Below, piece after piece: positions 9,961 through 20,051 of a stretch of DNA of 64,000 bases. Each line of letters starts with the position of its first letter. The first letter of the stretch is position 1. The DNA lies in assembly GCA_938091905.1 (NCBI GenBank), contig CALKOM010000046.1, positions 20,726 through 84,725 of the forward strand, in the 5' to 3' direction. The notes under the pieces are model-generated. The model was not told the DNA's origin. It did no database searches and saw only the letters and a program-made list of their open reading frames with translations. Made by a program: the position numbers and the translations under genes. This stretch comes from an uncultured Verrucomicrobiales bacterium (GTDB lineage: Bacteria; Verrucomicrobiota; Verrucomicrobiia; Verrucomicrobiales; DEV007).

Positions 9961-12900
9961 ATGACATCCCCGTCTCACCTGGGTAGGCTCTGTCTTCCCG
10001 GTATCCTTGCGTCTTTCACACTCCTTCCATGGCAAACTGGCCAGGCGGACGTGATCATCAATGAAATCAGCGCTGCTAGCAGCGAGCGTGTGTTACGCTT
10101 TGACGATCAGGATCGGCCGCGGCTAGGAGCCGGGCTGGGCTGGATGGATCCTGGGTTTGATCAGTCCTATTGGAAGACGGGTTCTCAGCCGTTTGGCTTC
10201 GGCGCGGGCAAGGCGACGGACTTGCGAGAGGAAATGCAAGGGGTCACGCCTTCGCTCTACCTGCGCAAGACCTTCACCGTGTCGGCGGATGTGGCTGCGC
10301 TACGAAAGCACTTCTTGGTGAAGGCGAAATTCGACGACGCCTTTGTTGCCTACGTGAATGGAGTCGAGATTGGGCGCGCGAATCTCGGGCGTGAGAACGG
10401 GTTCGTTTATGCCGACCAGACGAGTCTCAATGAAATCTCTAGCTCCGATGCCAATAAGACACACTTGATTGCGGGTCCATGGGCTGACGAAATCTTGGTC
10501 GAGGGAGAGAATGTCTTTGCAGTCCAGGTGCACAACACTGTTCCAGAAGCACTCGACGAGGATGAATTGAACGATGATAGGACCTTGCATTTTGAGGCGG
10601 AGCTGACGCTTGGTTTGGGTATTTTTCAGGGGGAGCCTTCGACCAAGATTCCTTTTGATAACGATGATTACAGCTACTTTGTGGGAGTGGTGGAACCCTC
10701 GGGTGGTCTATTCGATCACGAGTTGATCGAGACGAATGTGTTTAAGAACGGATTCTCCGACTGGATTGAGTTGCATAACAATGGCGCTGAGGCTGTAAGC
10801 TTAGCTGGTTGGTCACTCAGTGATGATCGTGATGTGTCAGACATGTGGACCTTTCCTAAGGAAATTACGATTGCTGCGGGCGGCTATCTGGTTGTCTTGG
10901 CAGATGATCTGAGTGATTCAGGGACAGCAGGCGCCTTCCTCCATACGAACTTCAAGTTAGCAGCAGATGGGGACGACGTGCTTCTCTACAATGGTGCTGG
11001 CGAACTTGTCAGTGAATTGAACAACTTCCCAAGCCAAAACTCTTTTCACTCGTATGGAACCTCGACCACTGGTGCAGACTTTGTCTATCATTCCATGCCA
11101 TCACCTGGCACTGCGAACGCAGGCGACGAATTTATCGACGTCGTCAAATCACCCAAATTTAGCGTGAGCCGCGGGTTTTATAGTGAGGCCGTGGACCTCA
11201 AGCTAACGACTGCGACTGAAGATGCAGAAATTCGTTTCACGATGGATGGCTCTGAACCGACGCTATGGAACGGCGAAGTTTACAATGGTGTGATCAAGAT
11301 TGCGGCGATTGATAACAAGACTGGCACTGTAATACGTGCGGCGGCCTTCAAGGACGGCATGATTGCCTCCAAGATTAAAACGCACACTTACCTCATTGAC
11401 CAGCATGAGTCGTTTCAGGATGTGCCGACGATCAGTCTCGTGGGTGATGCTGGGAAGACCTTTTACGCGCCTCATGGTGTCATGACCGTGGAGGGTGGTG
11501 CTGGGTTGGGTGACAGTTGGCGCGCGACTGATATCCAAGACTACTACATGCCCTATGGACACGGGCGTCCTTTTGAGCGGAAAGCCTCGATGGAGCTGAT
11601 CTATCCAGATGAGGATGGTGAGAATATCCAGTTAGAAGCCGGATTGCGCTTGGCTGCGAGTGATTGGTCGCGAGGGCGGTTTCGATTGAACGAAACCGAG
11701 AAGAGTCCTTGGACTAGCAATGCAGCGCACAAGCCCTCATTTAATTTGTTCTTTCGAAATGAATATGGGGACGAAGAACTCGATTTCCCGCTCGTAAAGA
11801 ACTATCGCGTGCGCAAATTTGACCAGCTTCGGCTCCGTGCCGGTAAGAACGATATCCGGAACCCGTGGATCAAAGATGAGCTCGCCCGTCGCCTCTTCGG
11901 AGACACTGGGCAATTGAGTTCTCAGGGCATTCAGAGTGCGGTCTTTGTAAATGGTGCTTACAAAGGCTACTACAACACGGTGGCACGCCTTCGGACAACC
12001 CTATTTCAGGAGTACTACGGAACTAGCGAGCCTTGGGACATCAAACACATTCGCTCGTGGACAGAAGGAGATGATACCTTCTACGAGCAAGCGGTTGATT
12101 TGTTAGAAAAAGATCTCGATAACCTTGAGAACTACCAAGCAGCCTTGGCGATGGTCGATCCTGTCAATATTGCAGACTACCTGATTGTGAATACTTATGG
12201 GGCCACCTGGGACTGGCCACACAACAACTTTGTCATGGCGCGGGAGCGCTCGGAGACAGGCAAGTGGCGGATGTACCTGTGGGATGCGGAAGGCGTCTTC
12301 GGCCAGAGCGGGGATCACGGCCAGACGCGTAAGGTCATTCAGACGGATATCTTGGACAACAGTCGCGTGAATGCCACCAACAAGAATATCGTTGAGGTGT
12401 CCCAGCTCCTCATGGAGTCCTCGGAGTTCCGTTTGTTGTTCGCAGACCGACTACAAAAGCACTTCTTCTCGCCAGACGGTGCGCTTACTGAGGACAATGC
12501 CATCCGTCGGATGGAGGAACTGGCGGATGAAATTGAGAGTCTCATGCGGTTCAGCGGCAATGGCGCGCCGAATCTTGGAGTGGTCCGTTCCTGGATTGAG
12601 AAACGCGAGAAGGAACTCTTCTCCAAGGGGCACTTCACCGATGTAGGGCTCTGGCCGGACACTCAAGCACCAGCCTTCCGAAAGCATGGCGGCACTGTCG
12701 CCACGGGTTTCGAAGCCAAGTTGAGTGCTGGAACGATCTTTAATCCCCAGGATGGTGATATCATTTACACCACAGACGGCTCGGACCCACGCCTCATGGG
12801 GGGCGCAGTGAATCCCGAGGCCAAAGTGTATGTCACGGCCGAGCCGATCGTTCTAACGGAAGCGACAACGGTGCATGCTCGTGTAAAGAATGGCGATGAC

Positions 12901-13893
12901 TGGAGTGCGATCACCTCTGCCGACTTCCTCGTTGATCTTATTCCAGCCACCTCAGAATCTTTTGTTATCTCGGAGATCATGTATGATCCAGCGGCGCCCT
13001 CTGAAGCAGAGCTGGCAGCCGGACATAGCAAGTCTGACTTTGAGTACATCGAGATCTACAACGCCTTCGAAACGGCGATTGATTTGAGTGACCTCAGCCT
13101 GATCGAGGGCGTACGATTCGACTTCAATTCTGGTAGTCTACTTTCTCTGGCACCGCAGAGTTACGCTGTGATCGTTGCGGACATTGAGGCTTTTCAAATG
13201 CGTTATGGAACGACGGCATCGATTGCTGGGAGGTTCGGAAAGAGTTTGAACAATGATGGTGAAACGATCGAGGTCACCACGCCGCTTGGTGAAACGATTA
13301 AGAAGCTCACGTATGCTGATCGCGTCCCGTGGCCAGCTGAAGCCGATGGAGATGGCTTTTCACTTGAATTGGTTGGTCCGGGCGACAATCCAGATCCGAA
13401 CGACGCTGGCAACTGGGTAGCGAGCGCCGTCGAAGGCGGTTCTCCGGGCGCAGCCAGCGGCGAAGGTGGCGGTGGGGGAGACAATACTTATGAGACCTGG
13501 AAGATGGCCCATTTCAGCGCTGACGAGCTTGGCAATGAAGCAATTTCTGGACCGAACGGGGATCCTGATGGTGACTCACAAACGAATTTGTTAGAGTTTG
13601 CTGCTGCTACTCTGCCCAAAGATCTCCATTCGGTTTCCTCCCTTAACGTGGCTGACGATGCTGGCCATGTGACCATTATACTAACAAGAGGTAATGATGT
13701 TTCCGGAATAGCAGACGTGCTCGAGTGGGCCACTGATTTGAATGTCTTCACAGATGCCAGCGCCAGTTTCTCTGTGCAGTCTCAAGAAGACGTCGGAGAC
13801 GACGTTTCCCGGATCACCTATCGGAGCAACGAAACCCGGGAAATGTTGGGAGATGACGTAGGCTTTGTCCGTCGTCGGGTTGACCTACAATAG
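9961..13893 (+). CDS. Secreted CotH-kinase family protein with lamin-tail and chitobiase/Fn3-associated domains and a C-terminal PVC-type surface domain
   Basis: Signal peptide; VIINEISA and DWIELHN (LTD); RFTMDGSEPT; CotH motifs DWPHNNF...WRMYLWDAE; second LTD VISEIMYDP; DPDGDSQTNLLEF. Confidence 0.85.
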   Translation: MTSPSHLGRLCLPGILASFTLLPWQTGQADVIINEISAASSERVLRFDDQDRPRLGAGLGWMDPGFDQSYWKTGSQPFGFGAGKATDLREEMQGVTPSLYLRKTFTVSADVAALRKHFLVKAKFDDAFVAYVNGVEIGRANLGRENGFVYADQTSLNEISSSDANKTHLIAGPWADEILVEGENVFAVQVHNTVPEALDEDELNDDRTLHFEAELTLGLGIFQGEPSTKIPFDNDDYSYFVGVVEPSGGLFDHELIETNVFKNGFSDWIELHNNGAEAVSLAGWSLSDDRDVSDMWTFPKEITIAAGGYLVVLADDLSDSGTAGAFLHTNFKLAADGDDVLLYNGAGELVSELNNFPSQNSFHSYGTSTTGADFVYHSMPSPGTANAGDEFIDVVKSPKFSVSRGFYSEAVDLKLTTATEDAEIRFTMDGSEPTLWNGEVYNGVIKIAAIDNKTGTVIRAAAFKDGMIASKIKTHTYLIDQHESFQDVPTISLVGDAGKTFYAPHGVMTVEGGAGLGDSWRATDIQDYYMPYGHGRPFERKASMELIYPDEDGENIQLEAGLRLAASDWSRGRFRLNETEKSPWTSNAAHKPSFNLFFRNEYGDEELDFPLVKNYRVRKFDQLRLRAGKNDIRNPWIKDELARRLFGDTGQLSSQGIQSAVFVNGAYKGYYNTVARLRTTLFQEYYGTSEPWDIKHIRSWTEGDDTFYEQAVDLLEKDLDNLENYQAALAMVDPVNIADYLIVNTYGATWDWPHNNFVMARERSETGKWRMYLWDAEGVFGQSGDHGQTRKVIQTDILDNSRVNATNKNIVEVSQLLMESSEFRLLFADRLQKHFFSPDGALTEDNAIRRMEELADEIESLMRFSGNGAPNLGVVRSWIEKREKELFSKGHFTDVGLWPDTQAPAFRKHGGTVATGFEAKLSAGTIFNPQDGDIIYTTDGSDPRLMGGAVNPEAKVYVTAEPIVLTEATTVHARVKNGDDWSAITSADFLVDLIPATSESFVISEIMYDPAAPSEAELAAGHSKSDFEYIEIYNAFETAIDLSDLSLIEGVRFDFNSGSLLSLAPQSYAVIVADIEAFQMRYGTTASIAGRFGKSLNNDGETIEVTTPLGETIKKLTYADRVPWPAEADGDGFSLELVGPGDNPDPNDAGNWVASAVEGGSPGAASGEGGGGGDNTYETWKMAHFSADELGNEAISGPNGDPDGDSQTNLLEFAAATLPKDLHSVSSLNVADDAGHVTIILTRGNDVSGIADVLEWATDLNVFTDASASFSVQSQEDVGDDVSRITYRSNETREMLGDDVGFVRRRVDLQ

Positions 13894-13905
13894 TCTGTTC
13901 GTATC

Positions 13906-14571
13906 TTAGACAGAGGTCCTTTCGAGGATCTCTGCCAACGAGGCTTCGGCCATGCTCTCAAGCGCCAAGTCGGCATCAGAGAAGTCTGAATGCTTCGTCA
14001 CGTAGTTAGGAATGATCACGCAGGGGATAGAGGCAGCCCGAGCTGCTTGGAGGCCATTGTGAGAGTCCTCAAAGATGAGGGCTTCCTCAGGCTCAACCTC
14101 TAGCATGTCCGCTGCCGTGACGAAGAGTTCAGGTGAGGGCTTGGCTTCGCTCACATGATCCAGCGTGCGGATCACGTGGAAATAGTCGGTCAGCTGAAGG
14201 CGAGTCAACCATGGATCGATCCAATCGGAAGGAGAACTCGAAGCGATTGCTAGCTTGAGCCCGGCTTCATGCGCTTCAGAGATGCGTTCACGGACACCGG
14301 GTAAGGTGTCTCGCTCGGCTAAAGTTGTTTTCACTCTAGCGCGGTGCTCCGAATGCAAGTTGGTCGTATCTAGTGGTGCTCCCACTAGATCCTGCAAATG
14401 CTGAATCGGGTCAAAGCGTTGAATCGTTGACCCGACGCATTGGACATAGGTCTCTAACGTAAGATCATGGCCATGATCTTGGTAGAGTTGTCGCCATGAA
14501 TCGTAGAGAGGCGTTTCTGTATCGACGACGAGGCCGTCAAAATCGAAGATAAGAGCTTTAGTCCGAGACAC
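13906..14571 (-). CDS. HAD family phosphatase
   Basis: FDFDGLVVDTE, KPSPELF, FEDSHNG. Confidence 0.9.
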   Translation of the reverse strand: MSRTKALIFDFDGLVVDTETPLYDSWRQLYQDHGHDLTLETYVQCVGSTIQRFDPIQHLQDLVGAPLDTTNLHSEHRARVKTTLAERDTLPGVRERISEAHEAGLKLAIASSSPSDWIDPWLTRLQLTDYFHVIRTLDHVSEAKPSPELFVTAADMLEVEPEEALIFEDSHNGLQAARAASIPCVIIPNYVTKHSDFSDADLALESMAEASLAEILERTSV

Positions 14572-14574
14572 AAT

Positions 14575-15345
14575 CTACATGCCCATGATCTGATACCCAC
14601 CATCGACATAGAGGACTTGGCCCGTGATTGAGGCTGCGCCTTCACTTGCAAGAAAGACACCCGTCTGGCCGAGCTCTTCGCCGGTGCAGCTACGCTTCAA
14701 GGGCGCGTGCTCGTTGTAGTGATTCACCATGTCGGTGAAGCCACCAATCCCGCGTGCGGCTAGTGTTTGCATGGGCCCAGCACTGATGCAGTTCACGCGG
14801 ATCTTCTTCTCACCTAAATCATAGGCCAGGTAGCGGGTGGAGGCTTCCAGGCTGGCCTTCGCCACTCCCATGACATTGTAGTGTGGCACGACTTTCTCGG
14901 CTCCGTAGTAGCTCATGGCGACCACACTGCCGCCGTCGGACATCATAGGAGCGGCACGCTGACAAAGAGCCACCAAGGAGTAGGCGCTGATGTCGTGCGA
15001 TACGGCAAAGGCTTCCCGTGAAGTTTCGAGAAAGTTGCCGGTGAGAGCTTCGCGAGGCGCGAAGGCCACGGAGTGAAGCATGAGGTCGATCTTATCTGTG
15101 TGGCTCTTCACCTTATCGAAGAAGCCATCGATCTCCTCATCCTTGGAGACGTCACAGGGATACAGGGGAGTGTCTTCGCCAAAGGTGCTGGCGAGGTCTG
15201 CCACGTTGTCTTTAAGCCGATCTCCTTGGTAGTTGAAGATCAGATTGGCCCCGGCATCTGCCCATGCCTTGGCGATGGCCCATGCAATACTACGCTTGTT
15301 AGCGACGCCAAAGACAACGCCCGTCTTTCCACTGAGAATGCTCAT
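14575..15345 (-). CDS. fabI: Enoyl-ACP reductase
   Basis: GVANKRSIAWAIA, YNVMGVAKASLE, ISAGPMQTLAA. Confidence 0.95.
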   Translation of the reverse strand: MSILSGKTGVVFGVANKRSIAWAIAKAWADAGANLIFNYQGDRLKDNVADLASTFGEDTPLYPCDVSKDEEIDGFFDKVKSHTDKIDLMLHSVAFAPREALTGNFLETSREAFAVSHDISAYSLVALCQRAAPMMSDGGSVVAMSYYGAEKVVPHYNVMGVAKASLEASTRYLAYDLGEKKIRVNCISAGPMQTLAARGIGGFTDMVNHYNEHAPLKRSCTGEELGQTGVFLASEGAASITGQVLYVDGGYQIMGM

Positions 15346-15404
15346 ATGCCCGCGTAACACGGCTGGTTGAGCTTGTAAAGGAATGACCTCGTGAGGGCGG
15401 AAAG

Positions 15405-16205
15405 CTACTCCTGGCCCATCTCGATAGACCGCTGGGTCGCTGCATTCACCGCCGCGATCATGGCATTTCTCCCACCTTCGCGTTCTAGCGCCGCGATCGC
15501 TCGAATGGTGGTGCCACCGGGACTCGTGACTTGATCTTTGAGCACGCCGGGGTGTTCGCCTGTTTCGAGGACCATCTTCGCTGCTCCCATCACGGTTTGG
15601 GCTGCGAGTTCGATGGCAACAGGCCGGGCGAGGCCATTGAGGACGCCGGCATCGGCCATGGCTTCAATCAGGACGTAGATGTAGGCAGGCCCACTGCCAC
15701 TCACGCCGGTCACGGCGTCGAGCAGACGTTCCGAAACTTCGTGGGCAATCCCCACGGACTCTAACAAGTATTTGGTCGTCTTGGCATCCTCCTTGGTGGC
15801 GTTCGACCCAAGAGTGAATCCGGATGCCCCGGCACCAACCAGAGCTGGTGTGTTCGGCATGACTCGGACTGCCCTCTGCGCCTCACCCAAGTTGGACTCT
15901 AACACAGCAAGGCTGACGCCAGCAGCGACGGAGATGCAAAGGCAAGACTTCTTTGACGAGGCAATCTCTTGGGCGACCCAAGAAATTCCATCGGGTTTCA
16001 CGCAGAGTAAGAGAACATCGGATTGCTCTGCCACACTAAGGTTAGATTCGGATGCTTCCACTCGAGGATCGGATGCCGCGAGAGACTCCATGGCTGCCGG
16101 ATAGGCATCGAAGACCCAAGCCTTCTCGACGTCTTCTGATCCAGCGAGCACACCACGTAAGAGCGCGCTCCCCATTTTTCCGCATCCTATGAGTCCAATC
16201 TGCAT
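15405..16205 (-). CDS. proC: Pyrroline-5-carboxylate reductase
   Basis: GCGKMG, RVMPNTP, GSGPAY, VTSPGGTT. Confidence 0.96.
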   Translation of the reverse strand: MQIGLIGCGKMGSALLRGVLAGSEDVEKAWVFDAYPAAMESLAASDPRVEASESNLSVAEQSDVLLLCVKPDGISWVAQEIASSKKSCLCISVAAGVSLAVLESNLGEAQRAVRVMPNTPALVGAGASGFTLGSNATKEDAKTTKYLLESVGIAHEVSERLLDAVTGVSGSGPAYIYVLIEAMADAGVLNGLARPVAIELAAQTVMGAAKMVLETGEHPGVLKDQVTSPGGTTIRAIAALEREGGRNAMIAAVNAATQRSIEMGQE

Positions 16206-16275
16206 AGGGACTCCTATAGAATGCTTAGAGGGATTTGTCGAACGGCGAAGAGGCTGTGCTGGTCTCTCGGCCTGG

Positions 16276-16539
16276 CTAGCCGTGCGGGTTCAGGACGAGT
16301 GATAGGGGGATATCCTTACCACGTTCCGCATTTGGGACTCCTCTTTGGGCAGCAAGGCAGTCGTAGAATTCGATTCCCAAGCAATGACCAATGGCATTGC
16401 CGACATGCTCGACTGCCTCGAAGCGCGCGCGACGCGTTTGTGTCATGATCGGTTTTCGATGCATACTTTTGAGGTAACGTTCCTTTCGAAGTTGAGCGCG
16501 ACGAGAGGTGAAGTAGTTTGACGAGTTTTTGAGGTTCAT
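16276..16539 (-). CDS. Small basic hypothetical protein
   Basis: 87-aa ATG ORF, Arg/Lys-rich, co-oriented with proC and preceded by an AT-rich intergenic region. Confidence 0.45.
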   Translation of the reverse strand: MNLKNSSNYFTSRRAQLRKERYLKSMHRKPIMTQTRRARFEAVEHVGNAIGHCLGIEFYDCLAAQRGVPNAERGKDIPLSLVLNPHG

Positions 16540-16829
16540 TTTTCAGAGTGGTATTGTTGATCTACCCAGTAAACGCAATTGGCTGTCGAAAGATTCATCA
16601 GATCTTTAAATAGATTCGAATCGCTAATTAGTTAGGCCTCAACTTATCTCGCCACTATTAGCAGCCTATAGAAAGGCCTTAGCGCTCACAGACTTGCTAC
16701 TTCCTTATTAGCAGTTGCCGTTAGAATTCAATAAAATAGTGTTAGTTTAAATTGATCGTGATCGCAACTGCCATCGAGTTATTGCGCGTTTTTGAATCAG
16801 AGAAGCCCATGTGCTGAGCGTTGACGAGG

Positions 16830-17204
16830 TCAGGATGTTTCAGGTTGGTTTCGCATGAAATCAGCCACCTGCATAAAGAGTGCCCACATCTCTTCACGAG
16901 CAGGCGAAGGAGTCTCACATTCTTCCATCGCCTCGCTCATGAGCCGTAGCCAGCGGTCACGCTCTGGAACGCCGATCTTGAAGGGCAGGTGACGCATGCG
17001 TAGCCGCGGGTGCCCACGTTCTTCAATGTAGTGTTGTGGCCCCCCAAACCGGTAGACTAGGAAATCTCGCAGGCGCTGCTCTGCACCTTCCCAATCGTCT
17101 GCCGGATACATGGGACCGAGGAGATCGTCTGACGGGACTCGCTTATAGAATGCGGCAACGATGGCACGGATGCCGTCATCGCCGAGCTGTTCGTAGATGG
17201 ACAT
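16830..17204 (-). CDS. Group II truncated hemoglobin (trHbO-like globin)
   Basis: IYEQLG...IVAAFYKRV...FGGPQHYIEERGHPRLRMRHLPF...RDRWL. Confidence 0.92.
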   Translation of the reverse strand: MSIYEQLGDDGIRAIVAAFYKRVPSDDLLGPMYPADDWEGAEQRLRDFLVYRFGGPQHYIEERGHPRLRMRHLPFKIGVPERDRWLRLMSEAMEECETPSPAREEMWALFMQVADFMRNQPETS

Positions 17205-17271
17205 ATGAGGAGACTCTATTGACCAAGCCGCACGCTTTACAAGCACGGCAATCATCGAGAGGTTTGGGTTC

Positions 17272-17973
17272 ATGAACGAGACGACTTCTCCGAAACCCAA
17301 GCGCCAGTTTGGCTGCGTTCAGGTGATCATTATCATGTTGCTCACCGGGCTCGTCTCGGCTGGCGGCATGCTTTGGTGGGCCAAAAGCTACTTTTATGCC
17401 AAGGAGCTGGCTCCCGTGGCCTTGTCGACCGAAGAGACCCAGCAACTAGATAGGAAATTGCAGCGCCTTGAGAAAGCCGCCATGGGTGGCGATTTTCCAG
17501 AGGCGCCCTCGGAGGGCCAAGTGTTAGATAATGTGGATCAGGATCCTAATGCGGAGGCATACTCCGAAGTGGGGGCCAATCGCGAGATTGAGTTGAGCGA
17601 ACGCGAATTAAATGCACTGATTGCGAAGAATGACCCAGATGCTGCTAAACACTTTGCGGTCGATCTTTCGAAGGATCTCGTTAGTCTTAAGGTGATTGTG
17701 CCGGTCGATGACGATGCTCCCATCGTGGGGGGGAAGACGATTCGGATCAAGATGGGTGTAGGTGCGAAGTACGATGCGGGGAAGTTGCAACTTGTCCTAC
17801 GAGGAATCTCGTTGGGAGGCATACCCATGCCCAGTGCTTGGTTAGGCGACCTGAAGGAGAAGGACTTTATCCAAGAGTTTGGCGAGAACGGAGGCTTCTG
17901 GAAACAATTCTCCGATGGTATTGAGCACCTGGAAGTGCTGAATGGCAGGATCAAGGTGAAACTGCGAGGGTAG
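17272..17973 (+). CDS. Hypothetical membrane-anchored protein
   Basis: One N-terminal TM helix; IELSERELNALI motif; similar layout to 57425-58063. Confidence 0.75.
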   Translation: MNETTSPKPKRQFGCVQVIIIMLLTGLVSAGGMLWWAKSYFYAKELAPVALSTEETQQLDRKLQRLEKAAMGGDFPEAPSEGQVLDNVDQDPNAEAYSEVGANREIELSERELNALIAKNDPDAAKHFAVDLSKDLVSLKVIVPVDDDAPIVGGKTIRIKMGVGAKYDAGKLQLVLRGISLGGIPMPSAWLGDLKEKDFIQEFGENGGFWKQFSDGIEHLEVLNGRIKVKLRG

Positions 17974-17990
17974 CACGGTTTCTGAGCGAC

Positions 17991-18920
17991 TCAGTCGCCG
18001 AATTTCTCGGAGAGGTAGCGCTCGGCTTCAAGAGCAGCTGCGCAGCCTGACCCTGCGGCAGTGATCGCTTGGCGATAGTCATGATCGGCGACATCGCCGG
18101 CAGCGAAGACACCTTCGAGACTGGTCTGAGTACCCTTTTCCTGGAGCAGGTAACCGTTTGAATCAAGCATCACAAGGTCGCCTAAGAATTGCGTATTGGG
18201 GATGTGGCCGATGGCGACGAAGACACATTTGACATCGACCAAAGACTCTTCATCGGATTTCCGGTTCTGTAGACGAATCTGAGTCATTTCGCCCTTGTCA
18301 TCAGTGATGTACTCGGAGACGACACTATCCCAAATGGGCTCGATCTTGTCGTGAGCGAGGACGCGGTCTGCCATGATCTTCGACGCCCGGAGTTCGTCGC
18401 GTCGGTGGACGATGTAGACCTTTGAGGCAAACTTGGTTAGGAAAGCGGCCTCCTCACAGGCGGAATCGCCTCCGCCGATGACCGCGACAGGAACATCTGG
18501 ATAGAAGGCGCCATCACACGTGGCGCAGGAAGTGAGGCCATGCCCGACAAGTTCTTTCTCGTTGGGGAGCCCAAGATGGCGCGGAGACGCACCCGTTGCG
18601 ATAATGATGCTTCGAGCCTCATAGGACTTCTCGCCTGCCGTGACCACGAAGGTATCATCGGCGAGCTTCTCCACCTTTGTCGCGGCGACATACTCGATGC
18701 GCGTGCCAAAGCGCTCGGCTTGCTTCTGCATCCTCATCATCAGTTCTGGTCCCATAATTCCTTCTGGGAACCCTGGGTAATTCTCGACTTCAGTGGTGGT
18801 GGTGAGCTGTCCGCCAATCTGATCACCTGCGAGCACGAGGGGGGTGAGATTGGCTCGAGCGGCATAGATTGCAGCAGTCCAACCGGCACAACCGGTTCCA
18901 ATGATGATCACGTTTTCCAT
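17991..18920 (-). CDS. trxB: Thioredoxin-disulfide reductase
   Basis: IIGTGCAGWTAAIY, VENYPGF, CATCDG, GGGDSA, FAAGDVAD...RQAITAAGSG. Confidence 0.96.
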   Translation of the reverse strand: MENVIIIGTGCAGWTAAIYAARANLTPLVLAGDQIGGQLTTTTEVENYPGFPEGIMGPELMMRMQKQAERFGTRIEYVAATKVEKLADDTFVVTAGEKSYEARSIIIATGASPRHLGLPNEKELVGHGLTSCATCDGAFYPDVPVAVIGGGDSACEEAAFLTKFASKVYIVHRRDELRASKIMADRVLAHDKIEPIWDSVVSEYITDDKGEMTQIRLQNRKSDEESLVDVKCVFVAIGHIPNTQFLGDLVMLDSNGYLLQEKGTQTSLEGVFAAGDVADHDYRQAITAAGSGCAAALEAERYLSEKFGD

Positions 18921-18929
18921 ATGGCGGCG

Positions 18930-18978
18930 ACTTTGGTGTCTTCTTTGATGACCACTTTGGTGTCTTCTTTGATGACCA
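18930..18978. repeat. Exact tandem duplication of ACTTTGGTGTCTTCTTTGATGACC (24 bp x2, with 12-bp sub-periodicity)
   Basis: Read directly in the divergent trxB / sugar-binding-protein intergenic region. Confidence 0.93.
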
Positions 18979-19055
18979 TCAAGGACGCATTTCATTCCAA
19001 GAAATCTGATGAGCGGACTCTGGACAGGATTCTGAGAGCTTGCTACATAGCCGCT

Positions 19056-20036
19056 ATGCGATTGAGCCTATCCTACGTGATCGTTTTGACAGCCAGCTGC
19101 CTCCTGAGCTCGGCTTGTCTGCGAAAGGAGCAGCCAACGGGATTTAGGATCGCGGTGATTCCGCAGAAGACTTCGTCTGCCTACTGGCAAGCTGTGCGTG
19201 GAGGGGCAATCAAGGCTGAGAGGGAATTGGAGGCTGCTGGTCTAGACGTCGATATCCTCTGGCGAGGACCGACCAATCGTCATGACGTGATTTACCAAGC
19301 GCAGTTGCTAAGTACCTTTCTTAGCAACCGTGTGAGCGGTATTGTGTTGGCACCAAGTGATCCCGACTCCTTGGTTGCGCCGGTCAGTGAGGCCATGGCG
19401 GCTGAGATTCCTGTGATGATCATCGATGAGCCCATCCATACGGAGAACTATGTGGGTCTGCTCGGTACAGGCCAAGAGAAGGCTGGGCAGCTTGCCGCGA
19501 AGCATGTTGCTAAATTGATCAAAGGGGAAGGAACGGTCGCAATCATCGGGAGTGATTCTCCTTCGACCAATGAACAGGCTCGCAATCGGGCCGCGAGGAA
19601 GGCGCTGGAGTCGGAGGTGGATATCGTCACGCTCTCTAGCAAGAATGAAACTGCTGAGAGCGTTCAGGAGAGGTTGGTTGCCGGCGAGGTTGACGCCGTA
19701 TTCTGCCTGACGTCTGAAACAACTCAAGAAACGCTAGAAACCCTTCGTCATGCGAGTCTGTCTACAGGGCGGGTCAAGGTTGTGGGCTGGGATGTCACCA
19801 GGTCGGCCGAAGACGATCTCACCACGGGGGACCTGCAGGCGCTGATCGTGCAGGACCCTTTACAGATGGGCTACTTGGCAGTGTTGGGTGTCGTTGGTCA
19901 CCTCTCTGGGAATTCGTTAGACAAAGAGGTCGATACGGGTGCCTTCCTCATAACGAAGGAGTCGTTGCCTAACAAGCGAATCCAGGAACTCTTAAAGCCG
20001 CCCATTGAAGAGCTTCTCAAGTCTGTGCCACGTTAG
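19056..20036 (+). CDS. Sugar ABC transporter substrate-binding protein (RbsB-like, probable lipoprotein)
   Basis: Signal/lipobox LSSAC; IAVIPQK...YWQAVRGGA; GIVLAPSD; VVGWD; IVQDPLQMGY. The upstream ORF extension over trxB is rejected. Confidence 0.88.
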   Translation: MRLSLSYVIVLTASCLLSSACLRKEQPTGFRIAVIPQKTSSAYWQAVRGGAIKAERELEAAGLDVDILWRGPTNRHDVIYQAQLLSTFLSNRVSGIVLAPSDPDSLVAPVSEAMAAEIPVMIIDEPIHTENYVGLLGTGQEKAGQLAAKHVAKLIKGEGTVAIIGSDSPSTNEQARNRAARKALESEVDIVTLSSKNETAESVQERLVAGEVDAVFCLTSETTQETLETLRHASLSTGRVKVVGWDVTRSAEDDLTTGDLQALIVQDPLQMGYLAVLGVVGHLSGNSLDKEVDTGAFLITKESLPNKRIQELLKPPIEELLKSVPR

Positions 20037-20051
20037 ACTCCCTTAGCTACC

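Noticed and set aside
18540..19055. N-terminal extension of the 498-aa ORF
   Set aside because: It overlaps trxB antisense; the signal peptide begins at ATG 19056.
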